Part shown: positions 12,700 to 26,070 of the stretch, piece after piece
How the letters are laid out: every line of letters begins with the position of its first letter
Numbering within the stretch: position 1 is the first letter of the stretch
DNA from: Okamejei kenojei
Taxonomy: Eukaryota
Assembly (NCBI GenBank): GCA_035221665.1
Contig: CM069145.1
Location: 25,668,001-25,732,000 of the forward strand
Direction of reading: 5' to 3'
Length of the DNA: 64,000 bases
Notes under the pieces: generated by a model
What the model was told of the DNA's origin: nothing
The model's database searches: none
The model's input: the letters and a program-made list of their open reading frames with translations, nothing else
Translations under genes and position numbers: made by a program

Positions 12700-13230
12700 G
12701 ATAGTATAGGTGTGAACACCAAACCTGGGAGCAGAGGGAGCGGTAGACGGAGTAATTACGAGTAGGGGATGGAGTCCTACAGTAAGCATGGTGGGAAAGA
12801 AGTGTAGTCTAGAATAGCCATGGGAGTCAGTGGGTTTTAATAGTGGTTTCGTTCAGAAATCTATTACCTGCGATGAGAAAGTGAGGGTCATAGAAATGAG
12901 TAGGATGTGTCGGAAATGGTCCAGTTGTAATTTGAGTGCGGGATGGAGTTAGTGAGACGTTGATGAAGGTCAGTGAGTTGTGTTTGGTGCAGGGAGGAAG
13001 CACCATTGCAAATCGTCGATGAAGCGGAGGTCAGAGGACGGGATGGGCCCTTGGTACGTCATGAACAAGGATTGTTCGACGTCCCCTATCAAAGAGGCAG
13101 GCAAACTGGTTCCCATGCGCGTGCCCAAAACAAAGCCTTGTATTTTGGAGGAAAATGGGAGGAGTCAAATGAAAGTTCTTAGAGGGTAAGATCACTCCGC
13201 TAGGCTGGAGAGATATCTGTACGAAGGTGA
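12700..13230 (-). mobile_element. Degenerate Penelope-like reverse transcriptase fragment
   Basis: Minus-strand fragments GTRMG (13111-13125), LRFIDD (13013-13029), KPTDSHGY, LDYTS and DSIPYS, typical PLE RT motifs, broken by indels. Confidence 0.8.
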
Positions 13231-15466
13231 TAGGTTGTCTACGTTGCAAATTAATATAACATGTTTGTTCAATGCACATTGAAGGCCTGACATCAAAGCA
13301 ACATTGAAACAAATATGAAATATAAGGACCGAAACCTACAAAATCTTAATTAAGGAAAATAAGGTTTGGTGTATTCCATAAGAAGAGTGCGCGTTCCGAG
13401 AGGGATAGGCCGAGAGGGGGGAGCATGAAGCTTCGTGGAAACTAGTAACCATGTAGATAATGTGTAGAATCGCTAGAAAATGAAACTCAGAAATGTGCCA
13501 AAAAACCAGAATTGGAGCAGTACAAAACACCCAAGGAAAATAAGGTGGATGGAGGAGAAATACTGAATGAGGCATGGGTGGTGAGATCATAAAGGTATTT
13601 GAAAGCACGGAAAGTAAGCTTTTAAATTACAGGTTGTTTTTACTGACCAGGAGCTAGTGATATTGAAGTGATCTTCTGGTTGTGACTGGATGGATGTGAA
13701 CAGATCCAGGCAATGGCACTCAGCTGGATAATTGCAGAGGATGAAGAGTGTTGTTGACGCCGACAGATGGATTCACAAGTTTGGAGAAAAGTAGTTTCTG
13801 TAAATTGAATAATAGCCACTACAACGTTTGAGACACTGTTGAGGGTGTGTTGGAAATTTGACTTCTATAAACATTGACTTTCAAAGAACGATTTGCAATA
13901 GGCCACATGTGGAAAAAACATCAGGGAGGAAAGGAGGTTTGACAAGTGGGTATTTATTCATAAGAATAAATGAGAGATTGCATTTTTGGAGGAAGGGTGC
14001 ACATATGCAGGAGGGCAGGTAGCTGAAGACAGGGATAAGAAGGTAATAGAAAGGCCAATAGTTTGGTCAGAAAGGACAGGAAATGGATTTCATAAATCGT
14101 ATGGGTTCAGAAATGCAACAAAGCTAGATAGAGGAACATGAAAAAGATGTGGAGCTCAGTGCTGGGCATATGGGGAGAGTACCTTTGGAGGGGTGAATGG
14201 TCCGATGGATTAGCGAAGGAGACAGACACAAAATGCTGAAGTAAACTCAGCGAGACAGATAGCATCTCTGGAGAGAAGGGAATGGGAGACTTTAAACCAG
14301 CATCTGCAGTTCCTTCCTGAAGAAGAAGGAAATAAAGGAGGCAGCTGTACCAGGTGTAATTCTTAGTGACAAAGTGTTTGCTACGCTCATTGGGAAAGGC
14401 AGTGCGTAGTTTCAGCCAAAGCTTTTGTGTTTGAAATAAAAGGCTGAATTTAGGAGAGCCCTTCACTGTTGTTCTTTTGGAAGCATGTGAAATTGAAGCC
14501 TTGAGCTATTCGTCAAAGGACATGAGAATTTCTATTTGTGTTCTGACCAACGTATTCTTTTTTACCAACACCAAAACAAGAGCTATTTCACTCTTTGTAT
14601 AATTGTTGGACAATGTTGTACATGTGTTAACTTCCACATTTGCTAACACTCAAATGTATTTCAGTGGCAGTGAATCATTCTACAACATCCTGAGGAGGTT
14701 TGGAGACATGTAACCACAAGTTCAAATAGCATATATTTTCTTTATGTGAAAAAGCCTTGAAAATTTTAAATAAATTGCCAACTCTAAAGTAGTAAATCTG
14801 TCCCAACCCACATACAATGGCCTTTAATTAAATTTGACCTTTCAATGGGTATGGCAACAATTTACTCACAATTAAATATATTTGCTCTTCCAATTCTATG
14901 CTTCTGAACAGTTGAACAATATTCTGATCTGCCATTTTGATCTTTCAGGAACTATATAGTAACGTTGCAGACATGATTTGCAAAAACTCACTTTTTTGTA
15001 AAGATTCTAGTCATTGGACTGCCACTGGATAGTAAGGTGTTGTGGGGTTTGGATAATAAACAGGCATAGTTTGTTTAGGAAGGAACTGCGGATACTGGCT
15101 TACACTGAAGATAGACACAAAAAATGTTGGAGTAATTCAGCGGGACAGGCCGCAACTCTGGGGATGGTAGTTGTTCAGACTACCAGACTGAACTGTTCCA
15201 AGCACAGGATTGTTAAGGCCAATTGTAGTTTCACACACTGGTCTGTCGGCTCAATACAGATGAGTGAGTGACCTGAAATGAAATCTCTCTGGTTTGTCAG
15301 TCAGTACCTTCAACACAATAAACCTGGCTACAATTGTCCCCAAAAGGAGCTCCAGCAGTATTGATCTACCATATACTGCCTATACCATTAATCGCCTACC
15401 ATATTCTGGCTTGCTTTCTATATCTTTGATTCATCTAGATTCATCTCCCTTCTGTCAGACAGTGAA

Positions 15467-15769
15467 GGGCCTGTCGCACTTACGCAATTTTTTTCGTCGA
15501 CTTCCCGGCACCTGTCATAGTCGCAGCAGGTCCAGCGGCTACCAGAACAAGGTACAACTCCTTGGGCGACCACTCACGACCATACAGGCTTCACCCCGCG
15601 ACATGTCGCCAGGGTGTTGTCGGTATGGTCGCGAGTAGTCTCCTCCGTCGCCCAAAGAGTCGTAGCGTCTTTCTGGTCGCCGCTGAATTTTCAACATGTT
15701 GAAATTGTTTGGCGACCTATGACGGATGCTGGGAGTAGCCGAAAAACAGCACGTAAGTGGGACAGGCCC
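15467..15769. mobile_element. MITE, PIF/Harbinger-like termini
   Basis: TIR gggcctgtcgcacttacg / cgtaagtgggacaggccc; interior similar to 37471-37780. Confidence 0.75.
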
Positions 15770-16312
15770 ATCAGCGATTATGCTGCTAGTTTCCCGGGTG
15801 GGGATTCTCAGGTATGGAAGCTACTGTCACCTCCTGCCAAGTTCTATGCCCCAGCAGATCGTCCACTACCCCCTCCCCCCACCCCCCTTCTGTACCAACA
15901 CACAAAACTTCCTTTGCACTTACTGATGAGAATATCAGGTCCCCCATGTGACTGCCATAATGTTACATTGCTGCTATGTGGCTGCCATGGGGATTGTGGT
16001 TCTAAGGCCTGATGCACTTCTCAGACTGGTGCACAGTCACAGTAAAAATTATAAGATGCATTTAATTGGGCCTGCGCCCACCAGGAGATTTGGGGTACAA
16101 CCTACCGTTTTAGGGTGGTTGGTTTACTCTTACAACAATGTTTCCAATATATTTTCATCCCGTTTCACAATTTTTTTCGGGGGATCTGACCGGGTGTTGC
16201 CACTATGTGCAGCACAGGTTTAGCATATCTAAAAAAAAGGCGGTCAAATTTCCCAGGCCTTTTTTGCCATAGTAATATTCATTGTTAAGCTTTGTGTCTT
16301 TTTGTTTTACAG

Positions 16313-16431
16313 AAATACATGATAATGATGTGCGTGCCTGTTCTAGCCAGCCAAATACATCAGGATTCTCAAAGTGGGCCATTTCACTAGAAAATCTCCT
16401 TGAAGATCCAGAAGGAGTGAAGCTTTTCAGG
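16313..16431 (+). CDS. RGS10: RGS10 coding exon (equivalent of human exon 2), 119 nt
   Basis: Acceptor tttgttttacAG, donor AGG|GTctgt. Translates (x)[39 protein letters not shown], matching the RGS10 motif IHD...[20 protein letters not shown]. Phase 1 in, phase 0 out. Confidence 0.95.
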
Positions 16432-17109
16432 GTCTGTCTGTTTTAAATTTACTAAATTGATTTTTTTTAGCACTTTTAATATCTGTAGTGAAAACTTTCA
16501 GATGAATTTCAATCAACGGGTAGTCTTGATAAGATTAAATTCAACACAAAAAATATTTATCTTATGTTCTTATGCTTTCTGTCTCATCTTTTTTCCTTTA
16601 TTCTCCTGTTTTACAGTGTCTTCCTTTCCCTTGTTTTACTTTCTTCCCTTTCATTTCATGGTTTGCTGGTGTTTCAGAACAACCAAACACTTGGATTGGA
16701 AGTTTAAGCCTGACGTGACCATACACACATTTCTAGTGGACCATTGACAAGAACATGGATTGTTCTGGTGATTCATCATTAATAGAGATGTGTGTTTTTT
16801 TTACTGTACAAAATAGCAGCACTAACATAGTTACAAATGGTATTATGTTAGTAGTCACATGCCGTACTCTACAAATCTTGAATATCGGAACTGAGAAAAA
16901 ATAAATCCCAACTTCTATTTTTATTTTTAAGCCTTTATTGAAAATCCCCTCTTTGTTAAAGTTGTTAAACTTTAAAGGGTAGAGCTTAGAGATGCAGCCT
17001 GGAAACTGGGCCTTGGACCCACCGATTCCATGCTGACCCGTACACGGGTTCCATGCTATCCCATCCTACACACTAGGGGCAATTTACAGAAGACAATTAA
17101 CCTACAAAC

Positions 17110-17340
17110 CTGAAAATAGACACAAAATGCTGGATTAACCCAGCGGGACCCGCAGCATCTCTGGAGAGAAGGAATGTGTGACGATCTGGGGTTGAGACCC
17201 TTCTTCAGACTGGAGAATGGTCTCGACTGAAACATCATCTATTTCTTCTCTCCAGAGATGCTGCCAGTCTCGCTGAGTCAATCCAGTATTTTGTGTCTAT
17301 CTTCGGTTTAAAACCAACATCTGCAGTTCCTTCCTATACA
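17110..17340. mobile_element. Fold-back Penelope-derived pair inserted into a V-SINE copy
   Basis: Inverted arms agacacaaaatgctgga and tccagtattttgtgtct. Splits a minus-strand SINE (16981-17110 and 17340-17515) with a cct(a/c)caaacctg repeat at the junctions. Confidence 0.7.
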
Positions 17341-17943
17341 ACCTCCAAACCTGCACGTCTTTGGAATATGGGAGGAAACTGGTTCACCCAGAGAAAACCC
17401 ATGCGGTCACAAGGAGAATGCACAAACTGCGCGCAGGCATCACCCGTAGTTAGGATTAAGCCCAAAATTTCTGGCGCTGTGAGACGGCAGCTCTACAACT
17501 GCGCTTCTGTGCCGTAATTAAGGGATTTTATGAACTGGAGTCATAAATGGATTGTACTAGGTAAGAGAAGCAAGTTACTTTTCCAAAATGGCATGATTTG
17601 AAACAGTTGGAATTTTTTGCTGATTTGGCAGCTAATTGAAATTAGCGGTCTCCATTGGATTACATTTTCGGATTAATTTAAAGTCTCAAACTGCAGTACG
17701 ATTGATGTGTATATTTTAGTGGATTATTAGTTCAGGTATAGGCACACATTGTTGGAGTAACTCAGCGAGTCTGACAACGTCTCTGGAGGACAGATAGACA
17801 ATATTTCGTGTTGCGTCCCTTCATAATTTTGCTCTATGCAAGATTCCAGAATCTGCAGTTACTGGTGTCTACATTAGTTCAGGCATCTAGTTTATTAATC
17901 TTAAAGAATTATTACAGATCAGGACCATTGATATCATTGAGGA

Positions 17944-18496
17944 TACACAAAAGACTGGAGAAACTCAGCGGGTGCAGCAGCATCTAAGGAGCGAAGGAGA
18001 TAGGCGACGTTTCGGTCGAGACCCTTCTTCAGACTGGTTAGGGATCAGGGAAACGAGAGATATAGACGGTGATGTGGAGAGATAAAGAACAATGAATGAA
18101 AGATATGCAAAAAAGTATCGATGATAAAGGAAACAGGCCATTGTAAGCTGTTTGTAGTGTGAAAATGAGAAGCTGGTGCGACTAGGGTGGGGGAGAGATA
18201 GAGAGAGAGGGAATGCCAGGGCCCGGGGGCTGAGGGAGAGGTGGGAAGGGGAGGAGACAGCAAGGGTTAACAGAATTGAGAAAATTCAATGTTCACGCCC
18301 AAAGGATGCAGACTCCCCAAACGGAATATGAGGTGCTGTTCCTCCAACTTGCGGTGTTGTTCACTCTGGCCGTGGAGGAGGCCCAGGACCGAGAGGTCGG
18401 ATACGGAATGGGAGGGGGAGTTGAAGTGCTGAGCCACCGGGAGGTCGGGTTGGTTATTGCGGACCGAGTGGAGGTGTTCGGCGAAACGATCGCCAA
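17944..18496 (-). mobile_element. 5'-truncated Penelope-like element: GIY-YIG endonuclease C-terminus, 3' UTR and hammerhead motif; 14-bp flanking duplication
   Basis: Minus frame ending at 18267: LGDRFAEHLHSVRNNQPDLPVAQHFNSPSHSVSDLSVLGLLHGQSEQHRKLEEQHLIFRLGSLHPLGVNIEFSQFC*. Flanks GATATCATTGAGGA at 17930-17943 and 18497-18510. Hammerhead motif at ~18006-18032. Confidence 0.9.
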
Positions 18497-19004
18497 GATA
18501 TCATTGAGGAGTTGTGTTCAGGAAGTGTCATCTAGAAGGATGATGAAGAATTTGAAATTTGACATATTTTATAGAAATAAACAGGTGTCGTGATGGACAA
18601 GTTGCTTGAGTGAGCTAAACTCTAGCTCTGAATGTTACATCTCATTTGATGCCGTTTTCATCTCTGTGTTGGAAGATTATTGCACCATTCTGATGATTTT
18701 GAGTACAGAAATTACTGATATCTTAATGAAGTACTGAGGAAGTGTGACACTGGTGATCACTGGCACTTTTGATTAGACTTTAAGTTGATGTCCTCTCTGC
18801 TCTCTCAGGAAGACCATAGGTACGGCATTTAAGAGCTGTTTGCAAAGGCACTGTATGTCATGTTGTCACTTGCGAGCGGAGCACCAAGGCAAATTCCTTG
18901 TGTGTGAACATACTTGGCCAATAAACGTATTCATTCATTCATTCATTCATTCCTTCACTTGGATAAACAGGAATGGATGGATATGGAACATGTGCGGACA
19001 AGTA

Positions 19005-19215
19005 AGAGTTCAAGTCAAGAGCGTTTTATTGTCATATGTCCCAGATAGAACAGTGAAATTCTTACTTGCTGCAGCACAACAGAATATGTAAACTTAGTAC
19101 ACTGTAAACAATATGATAAACGAGAGAGAGAGAGAAATGTTCATTGTGTATATATATACACATATTCACTATATATATATACACACACGATCAAAAAAAC
19201 AAACAATAACAGTGC

Positions 19216-19252
<37 letters not shown>

Positions 19253-19605
19253 GTCTATTATAGTTCAGAGGTTATATGAAGTTGTAGTGTTTAATAGCCT
19301 GATGGCTGTAGGGAAGAAGCTGTTCCTGAAGCCGGACATTACAGTTTTCAGGCTCCTGTACCTTTTTCCCGATGGCAGTGGTGAAATGCGCGTGTGGCCA
19401 GGATGGTGTGGGTCTTTGTAGATGCTGGCTGCCTTTTTGAGGCAGCGACTCCGATAAATCCCTTCGATGGTGGGGAGGTCAAAGCCGGTGATGGACTGGG
19501 CAGTGTTCACAACGTTTTGCAGTCGTTTCCACTCCTGGACGTTCAAGTTGTCGAACTATGTGATGATGCAACCAGTCAACATGCTCTCCACTGTACACCT
19601 GTGGA
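19005..19605 (-). mobile_element. Rex1/Babar-like LINE 3' fragment
   Basis: ORF 19265..19546 (KRLQNVVNTAQSITG...LPSGKRYRSL...NSFFPTAIRLLN), homologous to 55230-55490; includes (AAT)n at ~19216-19251. Confidence 0.85.
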
Positions 19606-20508
19606 CGTTGAGGAGAATCCGAGCATGGTGCTCGGCACAGACATTGTGGGCCGTGGGCCGGTTCCGGTGCTGCAATATTCTACGTTCTATTTCCCTGCAC
19701 ATTTTCAAAGAAGCAAGTAGGAATTCACTGCACATTTGTCCTTCATTTAACATCATAAGCAAGCAGAGTAATTGATCATTATCACATTGTTATTTACAAG
19801 AGTTTGCTGGGCTGGTGCAGTTGCTGCTGCATTTTCTACATAGCATTAGTGACAACATATCCAGAATACCGAATTTGGTTCAATTACCTGAGGTATCAGA
19901 GATATTATGCACATGCAAGTCTTTATTTTTCATCATTTTTTTTGCTTATTAATTGCTTGCTCACTATATCTATACGGGTGCATTTTTCTTTAACGTTAGG
20001 CCCAGAATTTTCCCTAGAACATGCAATTGCCTTTTATTTTTCAAGCTACGCTATAAATAGAGCCCTTATTGTGGCTGTTCTTTGCAATAGTGTGCAATTC
20101 CTGAGGGCAGTGATTTTGAAAACTGCTGGTGGAAAACACATTTTCTCAGATTCTAAAATATCTGCCTTCAAAGCGTATGGATTAATGTTGAATAGTTAAT
20201 TAGTGTCTGGCTATATATGGATAATCCTTTCAATTGTTATGGGTTGATCTGATAAGTGGGGATTTTGATTAATGGATTTTAATTCGATAAGGAGTATTTC
20301 TTTTCACTTGGATTGAGAAGCCTCCACATTGACTATGAACTGGGCATGTTTGAAACGTCGCGGAAGCTTGTGGTGGGTGATATGGCATGACCAAACTTTT
20401 CTCAAGTCAACCACTCCCTACACTCACTTCTTTCTATATCCTGTTGATGAGACAGCTAGTGCACAAAAATAAACTCTGCAAGTCATACAAAAGAAAACGA
20501 ATGCTCAG

Positions 20509-21204
20509 CAGGGGCGGAACACACAGGGGGGCCAGAGGGGATGCCCCCCCCCCCCATGTTTTGAGAGGTGGGGGACATCCGGATTTTCAAATCTCCGCTT
20601 CCCGCGAGACAGAGGAGGTGGGACTGCTGATCGAGGGCGCCGATTGGACGAGAGAGACGTCGGTCAGCAGGCAATGGGGGCGGGACATGATGATTCAGAG
20701 CGATGATTGGAGGAGGGAGGAGTGGGGGGGTGGGTGTGACTGAGGATAGAGTGTGGAGATTGGAGGAGACGTGGCACAGACCTGCGCCTCATCGCAGCCA
20801 GGATCGATCCTGGCCGGGTCTCCGGCGCTGTCCCGTCCCCACCCGAGTGCGTCCCCTCCCACGGGTGGCCAGAGAGGTCGGGAGTCAGGCCCACAGCGCT
20901 AAACAGAGCTCACAGCAGAGAAACAGCGCTAAACCAAGCTCAACTCAGCCTGTCCCGCCAGGTGAACCTGCCTGGGCTTGCGGGAAATATGGCCAGCGTG
21001 GAGAAGCAGCGCTGGTGTCCCGTCAGTCCAGTCAGGGCTTTAGGTTAACCCGGCGAGACAGGCAGAGTTGAGCTGCATTTAGCGCTGGATTGAGCCTCCG
21101 AAGCCTCGCGCATGTGTGTGTGAGTGTGCTAATGTGCGCGCGCGGCTGCCAAAAAATTGTGTCCCCCAGTCCCCTCCATATTTTGATAGCGAGTTCCGTG
21201 CCTA
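20509..21204. mobile_element. GC-rich non-autonomous DNA transposon (hAT-like ends)
   Basis: Imperfect TIR caggggcggaac / gttccgtgccta with sharp GC boundaries against AT-rich intron. Confidence 0.45.
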
Positions 21205-22480
21205 CCTCCAGCTAAGCAAATATAAAACCATAAACATAATGAGCTAAATGCATGGGACAATGACAGTACCAAAAGCAGCTTCAGTTATTTTTAGTTCTTC
21301 AATGGGTCCAGCTGTAACTGGACACTTTCTGTAGTCAGTTAGAAATCAACTAGATGTTATCAATTATTGATATATTGTTATATTTTCATGTTTCTTTTTC
21401 ATTCCCAAGGTGCAAATGCACCCATTTTACTTCATCTCTTGTTCGTTCCTATGTTAACTATAAAATGGTATGTAATTCTGTGTGGGTGTGGTGAGTGGTT
21501 TTCTTCATTTGTAGTTACTGCCACATGTCCCAAAATGGAACAATGACATTCTTACTGACAAGTCATAAGAGGGCATTGAAAAAGATGATTTATAAAGACT
21601 CAAAGTGCTGGAGTAACTCAGCGGGTCAGGCAGCATCATTGGAGAATATAAATAGGTGACGTTTCGGTTTGGGACCTTTTATTCAGACTGACTGTTAGGT
21701 TTAGTATGTTGAGTCTTGATTTTTACCATTTGGAGCTGGGGAGGTTTGGAGATCAAATTGCAAAGTGCATGAAGTGAGATCCTAACGTATTGTACAAGTG
21801 CTTGCTGTGGTTTACATAGCACCCGATATCTTGGCAACATAATGTAAAACTTATGTAGGATCAGTGAGTTCTCATCACAAAAGGCAAGAAACCCGACAAT
21901 GAAAAGCCTGGCTGGAGCTGACTGCTCCACAAGATAATTCCTTTTTCAGTACTCTTTGTGAGTCAGGAGGGGTAAACGTTTTCACTCAGACTTTTCACGG
22001 AAACATTTGCAGTCTCGAATCCACCCTATCAATCATGGTCAGCAGAGGCCTTATTCCACAGGCCTCTGCGACCTGGATAGGAAATTAATCCAAAAATGGA
22101 GTTCTGGAGACTGCGAGTTCATTCAACCATTTTATTCTTGCGTATTAGAGCTAAACTTCCGTTATTCTCTCTGGTTTCTCTTATTATTCTCAGCTAGATT
22201 GCTGAAGCTCACCATACAGAGTCTCATGGAAATTAGACTTTATTAGAAATTAGCAATTTAAATACTTTAAATCATTCCTCTTTTTCAATATGGATAGAGT
22301 ACAACTGATGAAAACAATTGCTCCAATCATAGGTTAACTTTTATTTGTGAAGATGAAATGAAAGAAGAGGACAAAATGAGACTTGATTCTGTAAGGAACT
22401 TTCCAAAACAAACTTACAACCAGTTTAGATTATTATTGAAGTAATGGCACATTTGAAAATTGTTTTTTTTTTGCACTTTT

Positions 22481-22912
22481 TAGCACTGGGCCTGTATTTG
22501 CTGGTGTTTAGAAGAATGAGGGGGGACCTCAGTGAAATGTACAGAATAGTGAATTGCATGGATAGCGTGGTTGTGGAGAGGATGTTTCCACTAGTCGGAG
22601 AGACTAAGACTAGTGGTCATAGCCTCAGAATTAAAGGTCGTTCTTTTAGGAAGGAGGTGAGGAGGAATTTCTTTAGTCAGAGGGTGGTGAACCAATGGAA
22701 TTCTTTGCTACAGAAGGCTGTGGAGGCCGAGTCAGTGGATATTTTTAAGGCAGAGATAGATAGATTCTTTATTATTACGGGTGTCAGAGGTTATGGGGAG
22801 AAGGCAGGAGAATGGGGTTAGGTGGGAGGGAGAGGTAGATCAGCCATGATTTAATAGCGGAGTAGACTTGATGGGCCTAATTCTGCTCATATCACTTATG
22901 ATCTTATGACCT
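22481..22912 (+). mobile_element. CR1 3' fragment
   Basis: ORF 22444..22821 LGLYLLVFRRMRGDL...GHSLRIKG...FFSQRVVNQWNSL. Confidence 0.85.
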
Positions 22913-23624
22913 TAAAGCAATCGAACAAACATCACAATTATACTGGAAATGAATGGGATTTTGCATAGGTGAATAAGGAAGTTGCAGGGATACTGAATGA
23001 GATTTCAAAAATAAAGTACTAGAAAGGCTGGTGGTAGTTAAAGTGAATAATTTTCCTGGCACAGGTGCAATGTGACCTCATTTGCTGAGGCTTATAAAAC
23101 AGGAGATTGTAGAAATTCTGGCCATAATCTTTCAATTACCCATCTTGGTAGAAGTGGTGCCAAAAGGTCGGAGGGCTATCAATATTGTACGCTTGTACAA
23201 ATAAGATAAACCTGCTAATTCCAGATGACTCCGTTTAATGTCAGTTCATGGATATTCAGTGTCTCTATGCTACAGTATTGCATTATTACCATATCAGCCA
23301 AATTGGAGTCCGTGGACTAAAAAGGGAAGCGGATACATACATCTCAAAGAGGCTGAGTAATAGAAAACATAATTGTACAAGTTTTGTTTTTTAGGGAGTG
23401 TTCAGTCAAACTCCTGAGATTTGATCAAGTACTTAGATTTGAGGGCTAAAGGGCATGTTTTAAAATTACAGGCTACACATAACTTGGAAAAAAAACACAA
23501 AGTACTGGGTTAAGTGGGTTAAGCAGCATCAGTGCAAGGAATGGACAGTCAATATTTTTGGATCGGGACCCTATCGTCAGGCATAACTTGAAAATGTAAT
23601 ATTTTTCCAATAAAACCCCTTTAG

Positions 23625-24020
23625 GATTGCTTCCACTCTGTCCTACGGACTCTGAGGTGACTGGTGAAGGAAGTGTGGGGATTGCAGACTGTTCCCCAGA
23701 TGGAACAGGAAGTGCGCAATGGGACAGGCTGATGGGTATTGTGAGGCACTACACTCCTTGCATCATTTATGTTCGGCTCCCTTTGCTCCTGACACATGGA
23801 CAAAGTTTAATGTCATCCTGAATGTTCCTTCTCCATTTTGAGCTGCACTAGCCCAGGGATTCCCAAGAGTCGAGGGATTGTTGGGAATATTCTTGAATCT
23901 TTTTCTCCCTCCACCTGATAATTTCTTCCCGTGACAGAGCTTGGCATCCATTTTGGGAATCTGATGGCATACATGGCGCCAACTGAGTGTAATTAGGTGC
24001 TTGATGCGAGGGATTTTGGT
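23625..24020 (-). mobile_element. Degenerate RTE-clade LINE 3' fragment
   Basis: Minus frames LCHGKKLSGGGRKRFKN and CSIWGTVCNPHTSFTSHLR resemble the RTE C-terminal region and zinc-finger remnant. Confidence 0.55.
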
Positions 24021-25983
24021 GTGAGAGAGGACCCTAAGGGTTTTGGGTGTTATGGGGAGAAGGCAGGAGAATGGGCTTAAGAAGGAAAGATAGATCAGCC
24101 ATGATTGAATGGTGGAGTAGACTTGATGGGCTGAATGGCCTATTTCAGCTATTATCAATTATGAACTAACATTAGTTCGTATATTCTTCCAGTTGATTGC
24201 GAGGATTTTGCAAAAGCAGCATTGGAAGTATCTTTCCAGTGCTCTGAGGTGCTTGCAATAGACAATCCACGTGGCAGAAGCCAAGAGACAGCCCGGAGAT
24301 CACTGTTGCCCGGTAGTCCATGGTTTTGTGCCAGGTGTGAGGTTTGACTTTGAAACATTTTTATGTCAAGTAGCCAAGGCCAGCATTGTGATGATATGGT
24401 GAATCCACCAACAATGTCTGCCTTTGCTGAGAGGTGGATCCAGAGATGGTCCTATTGAAATACAGCACAAAAACAGGCCAATTGACTGTTGAGAAACGGG
24501 ACTAATATGGTTAAGTACCTGATGACTGGCATGGATATGATGGGCTGAACGGCTGTTTCTGTGGTGGGTGGCTTTATGACCAAAAATAAAAATGACATTG
24601 TACAATTTTATAGCAATTTGGAAAGAAAGAGTTCAGGAGACACAAGAGACTGCAGATGCTAGAACCTGGAGCATAACACAAAGTGCGAGATTAACGCAGC
24701 AGGCCAGGCAGTATCTGTGGAGGAAAATGGACAGCCAACCTTGTGGGTTGAGACCCCTCTTCAGACTGAATGATGGGTCCCCTGTTATATGGAGAGACCA
24801 GGGATGCTTGTGCACATAATTTTGGAGATAGAAGGGCAGGCTGATTAAGTAAGACAGATGCTGGGTTTTATGATTAGAGGCGTAAGTCAAATGCCAGGAA
24901 GTTGTATTAAACCAGTGTAAAGCTCTGATCCTAACATAGCTTGAACATTGGACCAATGCAAGATCTACAGGGAACCGTTGCCTATCTGCCTCCAACGTTC
25001 AACACATTTTCAACCTCCACATATGCATGCTGCTGCTCTGAAACCAAAAATGTGCTGGAAGTTAGATTCTGACACAGTCCCAGTGTGGTTCCAGGTATAC
25101 TGGGTTGAGGGGATTAATTAATTAATTCATTCATTTATACATTGAATGCACTTCAGGCCCTTCAAAAAGCAATGAACAGGTTGCTGACCTTAAAGTCTGT
25201 AAATGTCAGAGAGGGTTTCAGGACAGTGCTGGAGGCAAACTGGAGTCCTGGGTTCCAGCCCCAGAGGACTGGCTCCCATTCACAGCCCTCTCCACGTCAT
25301 GGACAGGCTGAGGCCTCCTGTATAGAATTTCAGTATAGTATTACAGGGTGGTGGAAAAATAATGAGACCCAAGAGATCACCCAGGGGTGAGCATGAAACT
25401 GGGGACAAGCCATGGAAACCTGACCTATTCTGTCCAATTGTAGACACTGCACTTAAGAAAGGACATAGAGGCTTTGGAATAGATATAGAATGTTTGAGGA
25501 ATAAAAGATTACAGCTTCTTGGAGAAAAATGCTGTTTTCTCCTTTTAGCAGCAAAGGCTGAGGAGAGGTTTGACCTTGTCAAAGGCCCTCAAAAGTTAGG
25601 GGGAGAAGGCAGGAGATTGGGCAGGAGAGGTAAAAATAGATCAGCCATGATGTAGTGGAGTAGACTCGATGGGCCAAATGGCCTAATTCTGCTCCTTTAT
25701 ATCACAATCTTATAATCTTATTTATAGCAATGTTTAGAAACATTAACGCTTTAGATTTAGTTCGTAAAACATGTTTCTGATAGCAATGTCAGAGGGTGCA
25801 GCTTAAAAAAAAACAGAGACGACATGAGGAACTACCTTTTCTTTATGCAATATGTGGTTGGAATTACCCTTCTGCTGGGAATTGGAACCAGATTCAGCAA
25901 TAGCCTAAGTGAGCAGGCTCTTAATCTTAACACTGAAGTATCTGTGATCAACGTGAGAGTTATTTTTCTTCTTCTTTCCATAG

Positions 25984-26070
25984 GATTTTCTAAAACGTGA
26001 ATTTAGTGAAGAAAATGTTTTGTTCTGGTTAGAATGTGAAGAATTCAAGAAAATTCAAGATGAAAACCTG
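25984..26070 (+). CDS. RGS10: RGS10 coding exon (exon 3 equivalent), 87 nt
   Basis: Polypyrimidine tract ttcttcttctttccatAG, donor CTG|GTaggt. Translates [29 protein letters not shown], with the RGS-box EFSEENxxFW motif. Confidence 0.96.

Noticed and set aside
14948-15003. AG...ATGATTTGC...T|GTAAAG as a possible RGS10 first coding exon
   Set aside because: Splicing to 16313 would create T+AA, a stop codon, and the peptide does not resemble RGS10.
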